In this document: one piece after another, positions 33,777 through 42,723 of the stretch | Layout of the letters: every line of letters starts with the position of its first letter | Numbering within the stretch: the stretch's first letter is position 1 | Origin: Coriobacteriia bacterium | Lineage (GTDB): Bacteria; Actinomycetota; Coriobacteriia; Anaerosomatales; JAJZPX01 | Direction: 5' to 3' | Length of the DNA: 64,000 nt | Assembly (NCBI GenBank): GCA_036504755.1 | Contig: DASXUP010000013.1 | Span: 8,976 to 72,975 of the forward strand | Made by a program: the position numbers and the translations under genes | The notes under the pieces: model-generated | What the model was told of the DNA's origin: nothing | Seen by the model: only the letters and a program-made list of their open reading frames with translations | Database searches by the model: none

Positions 33777-34403
33777 TCAGTCCAAGTCGATCCGGGAGAC
33801 CACCCAGTCGAGCGCGGGATCGGCCAGACGCGCTCCGCAGTACGAGCACCGCGTGGGATCGTCGCCGTCGGTGGGAGCACCGCAGTTCGGGCACTTGTAG
33901 GCGGAGAGCCCGGCCTTCGTCTGCGCGCCCGCGCGACGGATGAGCGTCCAGTACTCCTGCAGCTTCTGCGATCCGCGGGCCTGACCGGGGTAGGCCGCGG
34001 TGATCATGACGCGCACCGTGTCCATGCCTTCCTCGTGCCTCGCCGTCATCGCGCGCGCATGCTCGGGCTCGGGCACCGCCGACGGGATCGACGCCTCTTG
34101 CGACTTCATCCGGTCGGCCAGCTCGCGGTAGTAGCGCTCGTCGATGAATCGCCGCGCGGGCGCGAGGTCGTTCTTCGCGAGCGCGGCGTGGTAGGCCTGG
34201 AACATCTCGGCGACACGGGCGTAGAACGTGTCGAGGTCGAACGCCGGGTCGGCGTGCCGGATCGCCCCGAAGCCGATGTGCTCGGGCGCCGAGGAGCCGT
34301 GGAGCCGCACGGGCGGAGCCCAAGTGTCGGCGTCGTCGGTCTCCTGCGGCACGCCGGCACTCACGCGGGCCAGAGCCGCGAAGAGATCGTTCCAGAAGCC
34401 CAT
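33777..34403 (-). CDS. Soluble Tim44-like domain protein with a C-terminal zinc ribbon, paralogous to 31680..32588
   Basis: GGGAGGTG ribosome-binding site. FYARVAEMFQAYHAALAKNDLAPARRFI...EYWTLIRR...CPNCGAP...CSYCGARLADPALDWVVSRI. It has the same C-terminal signature as the downstream paralogue. Confidence 0.8.
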   Translation of the reverse strand: MGFWNDLFAALARVSAGVPQETDDADTWAPPVRLHGSSAPEHIGFGAIRHADPAFDLDTFYARVAEMFQAYHAALAKNDLAPARRFIDERYYRELADRMKSQEASIPSAVPEPEHARAMTARHEEGMDTVRVMITAAYPGQARGSQKLQEYWTLIRRAGAQTKAGLSAYKCPNCGAPTDGDDPTRCSYCGARLADPALDWVVSRIDLD

Positions 34404-34437
34404 CCGTCACCTCCCGCTCACAGCGTAGCAGGGGGCG

Positions 34438-35538
34438 CTAGAACCGCGCGACCTCGCGATAAAAGGTGTCGCGCTGCACGGGCGTGAAGCCGGCGTCGCG
34501 GGCGAGGCGGACGAGCTCGTCGCGCGCGAGCATGTAGCGCGTGCCCGCCGCGGCGACGACGTTCTCCTCGATCATCGTCGAGCCGAGGTCGTTCGCTCCG
34601 AAGGCGAGCGCGACCTGGCCGATCTTGCCGCCCTGAGTCACCCAGCTCGCCTGGATGTTCGGTACGTTGTCGAGGTACAGCCGCGACACGGCGAGCGTCC
34701 GCAGGTACTGCCACCCGCTCGCGGCCGCGGGCTGCTCGGTCTCGAGCTCGGTGTTCCCGGGCTGGAAGCTCCACGGGATGAACGCGCGGAAGCCGACGTG
34801 CCCCCCGGCGACCGCCTCGTCCTGCACCTCGCGTACGCGGCGCATGTGCTCGACGCGCTCTTGAAGCGTCTCGACGCCCCCGAACATCATCGTGGCGGTG
34901 GTCGACATGTCGAGCTTGTGCGCCTCGCGCATCACGTCGAGCCACTGCTCGCTGGACGCCTTGTGCGGCGACACGTAGCTGCGCACGCGGTCCACGAGGA
35001 TCTCCGCGCCGCCGCCGGGCAGCGAGTCGAGGCCGGCGTCGCGCAGGCGCCGGAGGACCTCGCGCGTGGAGATGTTGGAGACGCGGGCGATGTGCACGAT
35101 CTCGGGCGGGCCGAAGCCGTGGACGTGGATGGGGAAGCGCGCCTTCAGCTCGCGCAGCATCCCCTCGTACCACTCGATGCCGAGGTCCGGATGCAGCCCG
35201 CCCTGCAGCAGGATCGCCGTCCCGCCCAGCTCGAGCGTCTCGGCCACCTTCGCGTACAGCTCGTCGGGCGGGAGCACGTAGGCGTCCGGGTCCTCGGCCG
35301 AGCGGTAGAAGGCACAGAAGCGGCAGCCGGAGACGCACACGTTCGTGTAGTTCACGTTGCGGTCGACGATGAAGGTGACCTCGCTCTCCGGATGCATCCG
35401 GTCCCGCGTCGCGCCCGCGGCCGCGGCGAGGTCGAGCATCTCGGCGGACTCCAGCAGCGAGAGGGCTTCGGCTTCCGTCAGCCGATGCTCGCCGCTGGCC
35501 GCCGCGAAGGCGAGGCCTGCGAGGCCGGGCGCGCTCAC
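34438..35538 (-). CDS. mqnC: Cyclic dehypoxanthinyl futalosine synthase (radical SAM), MqnC
   Basis: GTG 35538 overlaps the mqnA TGA. NYTNVCVSGCRFCAFY (CxxxCxxC), LLQGGLHPD, FIPWSFQPGNT, QASWVTQG and GANDLGSTMIEENVVAAAG. It is the C-terminal 366 codons of track ORF 34438..35862. Confidence 0.85.
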   Translation of the reverse strand: MSAPGLAGLAFAAASGEHRLTEAEALSLLESAEMLDLAAAAGATRDRMHPESEVTFIVDRNVNYTNVCVSGCRFCAFYRSAEDPDAYVLPPDELYAKVAETLELGGTAILLQGGLHPDLGIEWYEGMLRELKARFPIHVHGFGPPEIVHIARVSNISTREVLRRLRDAGLDSLPGGGAEILVDRVRSYVSPHKASSEQWLDVMREAHKLDMSTTATMMFGGVETLQERVEHMRRVREVQDEAVAGGHVGFRAFIPWSFQPGNTELETEQPAAASGWQYLRTLAVSRLYLDNVPNIQASWVTQGGKIGQVALAFGANDLGSTMIEENVVAAAGTRYMLARDELVRLARDAGFTPVQRDTFYREVARF

Positions 35539-36362
35539 ACGCGCTCCAGGACCCGCAGCTCCGGCACGCGCTCCAACTCGCCGATGTCGTGCGCCTCGGC
35601 GAAGTATCGCATCATCCCCTCGCGGAAGCGCTCGCCGAAACTGAAGCGCAGCGTGTCGTAGTAGCTGGCGAAGAAGTTGACCGGCATCGGCTCCCACCGG
35701 GCCGCGTACTCGGCGACAGCCTCGGCGTGCTCGGCGGAGTAGCGCATCGACTCGTTGAGCGCCCAGTCCAGGCGCTGTACCTCCGCCGGGTTGGCCTCGG
35801 CGTACTCCCGGCGCACCGCCCACACGGCGTACACCATCGGCAGCCCCGTGTGCTCCTTCCACACACTGCCGAGGTCGAACTTCAGCTCCGCCATCGGCTG
35901 GTGGTACGCCCGCAGCGCGTCGTCGCCGATGAGCAGCGCCGCGTCGGCCTCGCGCATCATGCTCGCGAGGTCGCTCGGCATCTCGGCGTAGCGGGGCACG
36001 ACTCCCCAGTGCTTCGCGAGCAGGATCTTAGCGAGCACCTGCGAGGTGCGCGAGCTGTCGGTGAGCGCCACCGTCTTCCCGCCGAGGTCCTCGGCCGGCA
36101 CCTTCGACACCAGCAGGATCGACTGGACCTCGCCGTCGGAGCTGATCGAGATGTCCGGGAGGAGCACGAGGTCGTCGGCGTGGCGCGCGTACTCGATCGC
36201 CGGGATGGGCGCGGCGTCGAGCTCGCCGGCGACGAGCATCTCGGCGAGCCGCCTGGGCGGCGCTTTCAGCAGCTCGACGTCCAGCAGCGCGTCCGACTTC
36301 ACCAGCCCGTAGTAGAGCGGCAGGCAGTTCAGGAACTGGATGTGGCCGAGGCGTGGACGCAT
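35535..36362 (-). CDS. mqnA: Chorismate dehydratase (futalosine pathway), MqnA
   Basis: RLGHIQFLNCLPLYYGL, LDAAPIPAIEY, ALLIGDDAL and PMVYAVWAVRREY. Confidence 0.9.
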   Translation of the reverse strand: MRPRLGHIQFLNCLPLYYGLVKSDALLDVELLKAPPRRLAEMLVAGELDAAPIPAIEYARHADDLVLLPDISISSDGEVQSILLVSKVPAEDLGGKTVALTDSSRTSQVLAKILLAKHWGVVPRYAEMPSDLASMMREADAALLIGDDALRAYHQPMAELKFDLGSVWKEHTGLPMVYAVWAVRREYAEANPAEVQRLDWALNESMRYSAEHAEAVAEYAARWEPMPVNFFASYYDTLRFSFGERFREGMMRYFAEAHDIGELERVPELRVLERV

Positions 36363-36383
36363 GGACCCTCGCTTCCGCGGCTT

Positions 36384-37034
36384 CTACTTACCGCTGATCG
36401 TGCCGTGGAACGTGTACGTGTGGCCGCTGATGCCCACCTGCAGCGTCACCTTCGAGCCTTTCACCTGCACGTCGATCTGCTGACCGGAGGTGTTGCTGTA
36501 CGAACCGCCCGCGGGTCCGACGCTCGCGTGCCCGGCGGCCTTCATCGTGATCGCGCCCCTGCCCGACAGCAGATCGGCGTTCGCCGTTTCGGTCGACAGT
36601 CCGGCCAGTGCCCCGCCGGCCGTAGTGTCCTCGAGCTTGAACTGCAGCGTCCCGCTGTTGGCGATCGCCTGGGCGTTCAGCTGCGCACCGCCTACCGTGC
36701 CCTGCGTCGTCGTGCTGGCGGTCGCGTTGCCGGTGTACTTGCCGGCCTCGTCGCCGGTCGGGTTCGTGGCGGTGAGGTTGAGCGCGATCTTGTACGTGAC
36801 GCTGCCCTGCGAGTAGGAGTCGTCGTCGTTGATGTACACGACCCAGGACGAGTACTTCGGCTCCGCGGGTTTCCCGGTCGCCGCCGGCTTGTTCGCGGGC
36901 GGCGCGCTGGATTGGCCGCTCGACGCTCCCGTGCCTCCGCTCTGCGAGCAGCCCGAGGCCGCAAAGGGCAGAGCGATGAGCACGAGTACGGTGAGCAGGC
37001 GTATCGACGCGGAACGAGAGATGTTCCATGCCAT
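36384..37034 (-). CDS. Hypothetical lipoprotein embedded in the mqn operon
   Basis: ATG 37034 has GAAGGGGG 7 nt upstream. Signal plus lipobox IRLLTVLVLIALPFAASGC, followed by a Ser/Gly/Pro linker and a Thr/Gly-rich beta-type sequence. I recognise no family. Confidence 0.7.
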   Translation of the reverse strand: MAWNISRSASIRLLTVLVLIALPFAASGCSQSGGTGASSGQSSAPPANKPAATGKPAEPKYSSWVVYINDDDSYSQGSVTYKIALNLTATNPTGDEAGKYTGNATASTTTQGTVGGAQLNAQAIANSGTLQFKLEDTTAGGALAGLSTETANADLLSGRGAITMKAAGHASVGPAGGSYSNTSGQQIDVQVKGSKVTLQVGISGHTYTFHGTISGK

Positions 37035-37063
37035 GTTCGGACCCCCTTCTCTTGTGGCCCTGG

Positions 37064-38179
37064 TCACTCACACACCTCCAAGTACTCGCGCACCACGCGG
37101 TAGAGCGTGTCCCGCTCCACCGGGAGGTGACCGGTCTCCGCTATGAGCGCGACGAGGTCGTCCTTCGACAGCGCCTCGGGGGTGATGGCGCCCGCCATGT
37201 GCGTGATGCGCTCCTGCACGACCGTGCCGTCGAGGTCGTCGACGCCGAAGACGGTCGAGAGCTGCGCGACCTTGAGGCCGAGCATGATCCAGAACGCCTT
37301 CACGTGCGGGAAGTTGTCGAGCATGAGGCGCGCGATGGCGAGCGTCTTGAGGTCGTCGAAGCCGGTCGTGGAGGGCAGCTCCTCCAGCTCGGTGTTGAGC
37401 GGGTGGAACGCGAGCGGGATGAACGCGAGGAACCCGCCTGACACGTCCTGCTGCTCGCGCAGCCGGACGAGGTGGTCGACGCGCTCCTCCAGAGTCTCGA
37501 TGTGGCCGTAGAGCATCGTGGCGTTCGTCTTCATGCCGAGGCTGTGCGCCTCGCCGTGGATCCGGAGCCAGTCGGCCGAGGAGGTCTTCTTATCCCAGGC
37601 GGCCGCGCGTGTGCGCTCCGAGAATATCTCCGCCCCTCCGCCGGGCAGCGAGTCCAGCCCGGCGGTCTGCAGGCGGCGCAGCGTCTCGAGCGTCGAGATG
37701 CCCTCGAGGTTCGCGAGGTGCTCGATCTCCACCGCGGTGAACCCCTGGATGATCACGTGGGGTGGCAGGACGGTCTTGAGCCGCCGCATCATCTCCTCGT
37801 AGTAGCCGAGCGGCCAGTCAGGATGCAGTCCTCCCACGATGTGGATCTCGTGCGCGCCGTCGGGTACGGCCGCCTCGGCCGCCTCGACCACCTCGTCGAG
37901 CGTCATCTCGTACGCGCCCTCCTGGCCCTTGTTCCGGGAGAACGCGCAGAATTTGCAGCGGTTCACGCAGATGTTGGTCGGGTTGATGTGGCGGTTCACC
38001 ATGAAGTAGACGCGCTCGCCGCTCTTGGACCTCCGCACGTGGTCCGCCAGTTGGCCGATACCGATGAGGTCGCTGCTCGCATACAGTGCGATGCCGTCCT
38101 CGCGCGTGAGGCGCTCGCCCGCGAACACCTTCTCCGCGATCGGCTCGAGGACCGGATCCTTGAGGTGGAACTCCGTCAC
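37064..38179 (-). CDS. mqnE: Aminodeoxyfutalosine synthase (radical SAM), MqnE
   Basis: GTG 38179 has GAAGGGG 7 nt upstream. NPTNICVNRCKFCAFS, IVGGLHPD, FIPLAFHPLNT, HVKAFWIMLG and GVDDLDGTVVQERITH. It is the C-terminal 371 codons of track ORF 37064..38269. Confidence 0.85.
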   Translation of the reverse strand: MTEFHLKDPVLEPIAEKVFAGERLTREDGIALYASSDLIGIGQLADHVRRSKSGERVYFMVNRHINPTNICVNRCKFCAFSRNKGQEGAYEMTLDEVVEAAEAAVPDGAHEIHIVGGLHPDWPLGYYEEMMRRLKTVLPPHVIIQGFTAVEIEHLANLEGISTLETLRRLQTAGLDSLPGGGAEIFSERTRAAAWDKKTSSADWLRIHGEAHSLGMKTNATMLYGHIETLEERVDHLVRLREQQDVSGGFLAFIPLAFHPLNTELEELPSTTGFDDLKTLAIARLMLDNFPHVKAFWIMLGLKVAQLSTVFGVDDLDGTVVQERITHMAGAITPEALSKDDLVALIAETGHLPVERDTLYRVVREYLEVCE

Positions 38180-38322
38180 TGTCTCGCCCCTTCTCGTCCG
38201 GGGCGCCGCCGCCCCCGCCGGGAATGATATACCTTCGAGCGGACATGGCCGGCTGGAATACGTTGCCATGGCCTCGGTTATATACCTTCGTGATCGCCCG
38301 AACAGAATCCGGGAGGGACAAG

Positions 38323-39321
38323 ATGAGACGTTCGCACATCCTCATCGCTACGACGCTAGCCGCCGTCGCACTGGTCTTCGTGGGGTGCGCTCCGGCACGG
38401 ACCGGCACGCCCACCACCGCCACGCCGACGAACGAGGCCACAGGACAGGCGGGCGGGGGGACGAAGGGCCCGATCAAGGTGGGCAGCAAGATCGACACCG
38501 AAGGCAGCCTTCTGGCGCAGCTCATCATCGCGATGCTGAAGAACGATGGCTTCAACGTGGTGGACCGCTCCCAGCTCGGCACGACGGACGTGAACCGCAA
38601 GGCGCTGCTCAACGGCGAGATCGACGTGTACCCGGAGTACACCGGCACCGCGCTCACGCAGTTCTTCGCGAAGGACAAGCTGCCGCTCACCCTGTCGAAA
38701 GAGGCGACCGCGAGCTACGAGCGGGTGAAGGAGCTCGACGCGAAGGAGAACGACGTCGCGTGGCTCGGCCGCGCGCCCGCGGACAACACGTTCGCGATCG
38801 CGGTCCCCAAGAAGCTGGCGGACGCGAGCAAGCTGATGACCCTGGACGACTGGGCGAAGTACATCAACGGCGGCGGCACGGTCAAGCTCGTGGCGTCCTC
38901 CGAGTTCGTGCAGCGCTCCGACGCGTTGCCCGCGTTCGAGAAGGCTTACGGCTTCAAGCTCAAGCCGAACCAGGTCGTCGCTCTCTCGGGAGGCAACACG
39001 GCCGTCACCGAGGCGGCCGCGGCGAACGGGCAGGACGGCGCGAACGCGGCGATGGCTTACGGCACGGACGGGAACCTCGCCGCGCTGAACCTCGTCATCC
39101 TGAAGGACACAAAGGGAGTTCAGCCCGTCTACCAGCCCGCGCCGACCTTCCGAGGTGAGATCGTCAAGAAGTACCCGGAGATCCCCGGCATCCTCGATCC
39201 GGTGTTCTCGAGCCTCACCCTGGAGACACTGCAGCAGCTCAATGCGAAGATATCCGTCGACGGACAGGACCCGAAGAAGGTCGCGACCGACTACCTGACG
39301 TCGAAAGGCTTCCTCAAGTAG
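38323..39321 (+). CDS. Glycine betaine/choline-type (OpuBC/OsmF-like) ABC transporter substrate-binding lipoprotein
   Basis: ATG 38323 follows GGGAGGGA. Lipobox AAVALVFVGCAP. IKVGSKIDTEGSLLAQLI, GEIDVYPEYTGT and QPVYQPAPTFR. Confidence 0.9.
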   Translation: MRRSHILIATTLAAVALVFVGCAPARTGTPTTATPTNEATGQAGGGTKGPIKVGSKIDTEGSLLAQLIIAMLKNDGFNVVDRSQLGTTDVNRKALLNGEIDVYPEYTGTALTQFFAKDKLPLTLSKEATASYERVKELDAKENDVAWLGRAPADNTFAIAVPKKLADASKLMTLDDWAKYINGGGTVKLVASSEFVQRSDALPAFEKAYGFKLKPNQVVALSGGNTAVTEAAAANGQDGANAAMAYGTDGNLAALNLVILKDTKGVQPVYQPAPTFRGEIVKKYPEIPGILDPVFSSLTLETLQQLNAKISVDGQDPKKVATDYLTSKGFLK

Positions 39322-39332
39322 GGAGAGACTTC

Positions 39333-40517
39333 GTGGCCGCGCCGCATCCGCGGTACGTGCTCGATCCGGTGGCGCTGACGGGGGCCGTGACGGCCCTCGT
39401 CAGCTGCCTCGCGCTGCCGCTCGCGCAGCTGCGCTCCTCCCGCCTCGCGCTGGCCGGCGAGCCGCATCGCGCGCTCGAGGCGGGGCCGTTCGGCGTAGCC
39501 GCCGTCGCGCTCGCGCTCGCCGCTGTCGCCGTGGCGCTCGTCGGGCGGCCCGCGCTCCGTCGGCTCCTCGCGCAGCTCGACGCGACCGCTCTCGCGGTCG
39601 CGCTCGCGTGGGCGTTCGGCGCCGCCGTCACGCGGCTCGCGGCGCAGGCGCCGCCGATCGCGCGCGTCTCGCCGGGCGTCGGCTTCTGGGTGGCGCTCGC
39701 CGGCGCGGCGGCGCTCGCGTTCGCCGGTCGCGACGCCGCGCCGGCTTCGCGACCCTGGCGCTCCCTCGCGCTAGGCGCCGTGGCGCTCGCCGGGTTCGCG
39801 GCGGCGGCCGCCTACGGCGGGCTGGCGCAGGTCTCCATCGGTCGCGAGTACGCCGTGCGCTCGGACGTCTTCTGGCAGCTGGCCGCCCAGCACCTCGCGC
39901 TGGCGGGGGCCGGACTGGCGGGCGGGGTCCTCATCGGCGTTCCCCTCGGCATCGCCGCCACTCGGCGTCCACGGCTGCGCGCCCTCGCCCTCGGCGTGAC
40001 CGGCATCCTCGAGACCGTTCCGAGTCTCGCGCTGCTCGGGCTGCTCATCGCGCCGCTCGCCGCGCTCGCGGCGGCCTACCCCTCGCTCGAGGCCGCGGGA
40101 GTGGGAGGCATCGGGCCGGCGCCCGCGCTCATCGCGCTAGTGACTTACGCGCTGCTGCCCGTGGTGCGCGGCACCTACGTCGCGCTCGACTCTGTCGACT
40201 TCGCGCTCGTGGACGCCGGACGCGGCATGGGGATGAGCCGCGTCCAGCTGTTCGCCCGCGTCGAGCTGCCTCTCGCGCTGCCGCTCGTGATCGAGGGCGT
40301 GCGTGTGGCCGCCGTGCTCCTCATCGGCATCACGACCGTCACCGCCTTCGTCGGCGAAGGCGGGTTCGGCGCGCTCATCTTCCAGGGTGTCGGCCAGAAC
40401 GCCCCCGACCTCATCCTGCTCGGCGCGTTGCCGGTGATCGTGCTCGCCGTCGTGGCGGACTACGGTCTTCGGGCCGTGGCCTCGCTGGCCACGCCGAGGG
40501 GGGTCGGAGCCGCGTGA
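39333..40517 (+). CDS. Opu-type ABC transporter permease with a ~180-aa hydrophobic N-terminal extension
   Basis: The C-terminal half carries a BPD-transporter core: ILETVPSLALLGLLI, ALVTYALLPVVRGTY, DAGRGMGMSRVQLFARVELPLALP. Confidence 0.85.
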   Translation: MAAPHPRYVLDPVALTGAVTALVSCLALPLAQLRSSRLALAGEPHRALEAGPFGVAAVALALAAVAVALVGRPALRRLLAQLDATALAVALAWAFGAAVTRLAAQAPPIARVSPGVGFWVALAGAAALAFAGRDAAPASRPWRSLALGAVALAGFAAAAAYGGLAQVSIGREYAVRSDVFWQLAAQHLALAGAGLAGGVLIGVPLGIAATRRPRLRALALGVTGILETVPSLALLGLLIAPLAALAAAYPSLEAAGVGGIGPAPALIALVTYALLPVVRGTYVALDSVDFALVDAGRGMGMSRVQLFARVELPLALPLVIEGVRVAAVLLIGITTVTAFVGEGGFGALIFQGVGQNAPDLILLGALPVIVLAVVADYGLRAVASLATPRGVGAA

Positions 40518-41635
40518 TCGAGCTGCAGGAGCTGACGCGCCGCTACGCCGACAAGACCGCCGTCGACCGCCTCTCGCTCGAGGTCCGCGACGGCGAGACG
40601 TGCGTGCTGATCGGACCGAGCGGCTGCGGCAAGACCACCACGCTGCGCATGATCAACCGGCTTCTCGAACCGACGTCCGGCCGGGTGCTGATCGGCGGGG
40701 TCGATGCGGCCACGATCGATCCCGTCGAGCTGCGCCGCGGCCTCGGGTACGCGATCCAGTCGGTCGGGCTGTTCCCGCACCTCACCGTGCGCGACAACAT
40801 CGCCACCGTCCCGCGGCTGCTGGGATGGGACGACGCGCGCATCGGCGAGCGCGCCGAGGAGTTGCTGGCGCTCGTGCGGCTCGAGCCGGCCGCCTACCTC
40901 GGCAAGTATCCGCGGCAGCTGTCGGGAGGGGAGGCGCAGCGCGTAGGCGTGGCGCGTGCGCTCGCCGCCGACCCGCCGGTGCTGCTGATGGACGAGCCGT
41001 TCGGCGCCGTGGACCCGCTCACCCGAGAGCGCCTGCAGATCGAGTTCGCCCGCATCCAGCGCGAGCTGCACAAGACCGTCGTGTTCGTGACGCACGACGT
41101 GGACGAGGCCATACGCCTCGCCGACCGGATCGCCGTCATGCGCGACGGCCGGCTGCTGCAGTACGACACACCGGAGAACGTCCTCGATCACCCGGCCGAC
41201 AAGTTCGTGCACGACTTCATGGGCGCGGACCGCGCGCTCAAGCGCCTCGTGCGCGTGCGCGTCACCGACGTGCTCGAGCCCGCGCCGCGCATCCGTCCGG
41301 GCGAGCCGGTGTCCTCCGCGGAGCCGCCCGTGACGGACGGGCGCATGTTCGTCTACGTCGTGGACGCCGAGGACAGGCTGGCCGGTTGGGTGGACGGCCG
41401 CGAGATGGCGGCCGGCCGCAGCGTCGAGGAAGCGACCACGCGGGTGGACCGGGCGGTGGCCGCGGTCCCCGGGGACGCGACGCTCAAGGAGGCGCTGTCC
41501 GCGATGCTCGGCCTCGGCTTCCGCCACATCGCCGTCATCGACGCCGAGGGACGGCTGCTCGGCGAGGTGGGTTTCGACGCGATCGACCGTGTGCTCGCCA
41601 GCGGCGACGCGCGCAGGGCGGGCGAGGGGGCGTGA
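40514..41635 (+). CDS. Opu-type ABC transporter ATP-binding protein with a C-terminal CBS pair
   Basis: GTG 40514 overlaps the upstream TGA. GPSGCGKTTT, LSGGEAQRVGVARAL, LLMDEPFGAVD and VTHD. C-terminal CBS-like segments (VYVVDAEDRLAGWV, HIAVIDAEGRLLGEV). Confidence 0.9.
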   Translation: MIELQELTRRYADKTAVDRLSLEVRDGETCVLIGPSGCGKTTTLRMINRLLEPTSGRVLIGGVDAATIDPVELRRGLGYAIQSVGLFPHLTVRDNIATVPRLLGWDDARIGERAEELLALVRLEPAAYLGKYPRQLSGGEAQRVGVARALAADPPVLLMDEPFGAVDPLTRERLQIEFARIQRELHKTVVFVTHDVDEAIRLADRIAVMRDGRLLQYDTPENVLDHPADKFVHDFMGADRALKRLVRVRVTDVLEPAPRIRPGEPVSSAEPPVTDGRMFVYVVDAEDRLAGWVDGREMAAGRSVEEATTRVDRAVAAVPGDATLKEALSAMLGLGFRHIAVIDAEGRLLGEVGFDAIDRVLASGDARRAGEGA

Positions 41636-42381
41636 ACCGGTGCAGGCCCGTCGCGCTGGCCGCGGTGCTCGCCGCGGCGGCGGTGTTCGCGTGGCTGGTC
41701 GCGCAGCCTGCGATATGGCAGCGCCTTCTCGCGCGGTTCGCACCCGACGGCGTGACGGCGCTCTACCCCACCGGCACGCTCGCGGACTTCGTTCTCGCGC
41801 ACCTGGTGCTGGTGGGGGTCAGCAGCGGCCTTACGATCGCGGCGGGACTGCCGCTCGGCATCTTCGCGACGCGTCGCTCCGGGCGCCCGTTCCGGCCGCT
41901 CATCGCCGCCGCGGTCGATCTCGGCCAGACGTTCCCGCCGGTGGCGGTGCTCGCGCTCGCGCTGCCGGCGCTCGGCTTCGGCTTCACCCCGACGGTGGTC
42001 GCGCTGTTCCTCTACGGGCTGTTCCCGGTGGTGTCCGGCACGATCGCGGGCATCGAGGAGGTGCCCTCGGCCGTCCTCGACGCGGCGCGAGGCATGGGCA
42101 TGGCGCCGAGGCAGGTGCTCATGCGCGTCGAGCTCCCCCTGGCCGCGCGCGTCATCCTCGCGGGCATCCGCACGTCGGTCATCATCAACATCGGGACGGC
42201 CACCGTGGGAGCCGCCGTCGGCGCGAGCGGGCTGGGCGTGCCCATCATCGGCGGACTCGTCGGGAGCCAGAACGTCGCGTTCGTCCTGGAGGGCGCCATC
42301 CCCGCGGCGATCCTCGCGGTGCTGGCCGACCTGCTCCTCGGTCAGCTGGAGGCGGCGGTGTCCCCGGCGACGGGAGGCTGA
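41632..42381 (+). CDS. Opu-type ABC transporter permease (second)
   Basis: GTG 41632 overlaps the upstream TGA. LGQTFPPVAVLALALP, LFLYGLFPVVSGT and DAARGMGMAPRQVLMRVELPLAA. Confidence 0.9.
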   Translation: MNRCRPVALAAVLAAAAVFAWLVAQPAIWQRLLARFAPDGVTALYPTGTLADFVLAHLVLVGVSSGLTIAAGLPLGIFATRRSGRPFRPLIAAAVDLGQTFPPVAVLALALPALGFGFTPTVVALFLYGLFPVVSGTIAGIEEVPSAVLDAARGMGMAPRQVLMRVELPLAARVILAGIRTSVIINIGTATVGAAVGASGLGVPIIGGLVGSQNVAFVLEGAIPAAILAVLADLLLGQLEAAVSPATGG

Positions 42382-42387
42382 GGAGCC

Positions 42388-42633
42388 TCAGTCGGAGTCA
42401 GGGGATCCTTCGATTCCGCGGGCCAGAGCGTCCATCCGTCCGAAGTCCGTGGGGAGGAGGTCGTCGGGCACGCGATCCGCGCCGACGGCCAGCATCCCGA
42501 CGTAGCGCGCGCAGGACTCGAACTGCCCTCGGCAGTAGTGCTCGACGAACAGCATCCCCATCTCGGGCGAGTACCCGACCGGGTCCTCGAAGAACGGACA
42601 GACGTGCGTCCATTCGCATTCGCTCGCTCGCAT
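42388..42633 (-). CDS. Hypothetical small cysteine-rich protein (81 aa)
   Basis: ATG 42633 has GAAGGGGG 8 nt upstream. MRASECEWTHVCPFFEDPVGYSPEMGMLFVEHYCRGQFESCARYVG.... The four Cys are arranged C-x5-C ... C-x7-C. I recognise no family. Confidence 0.5.
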   Translation of the reverse strand: MRASECEWTHVCPFFEDPVGYSPEMGMLFVEHYCRGQFESCARYVGMLAVGADRVPDDLLPTDFGRMDALARGIEGSPDSD

Positions 42634-42723
42634 GAGCCGAACCCCCTTCGGCCGATCAGCGTCATATCCGATTCTGACACCCCCGGCGGCCGTTTCAAGT
42701 CCCGGCCGTAGTACGCTTACCGC

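Noticed and set aside
31584-34487. 967-aa plus-strand ORF
   Set aside because: It is antisense to the three well-supported Tim44-like/SPFH genes. Its composition is Arg/Ala/Gly/Pro-rich with no domain signatures.
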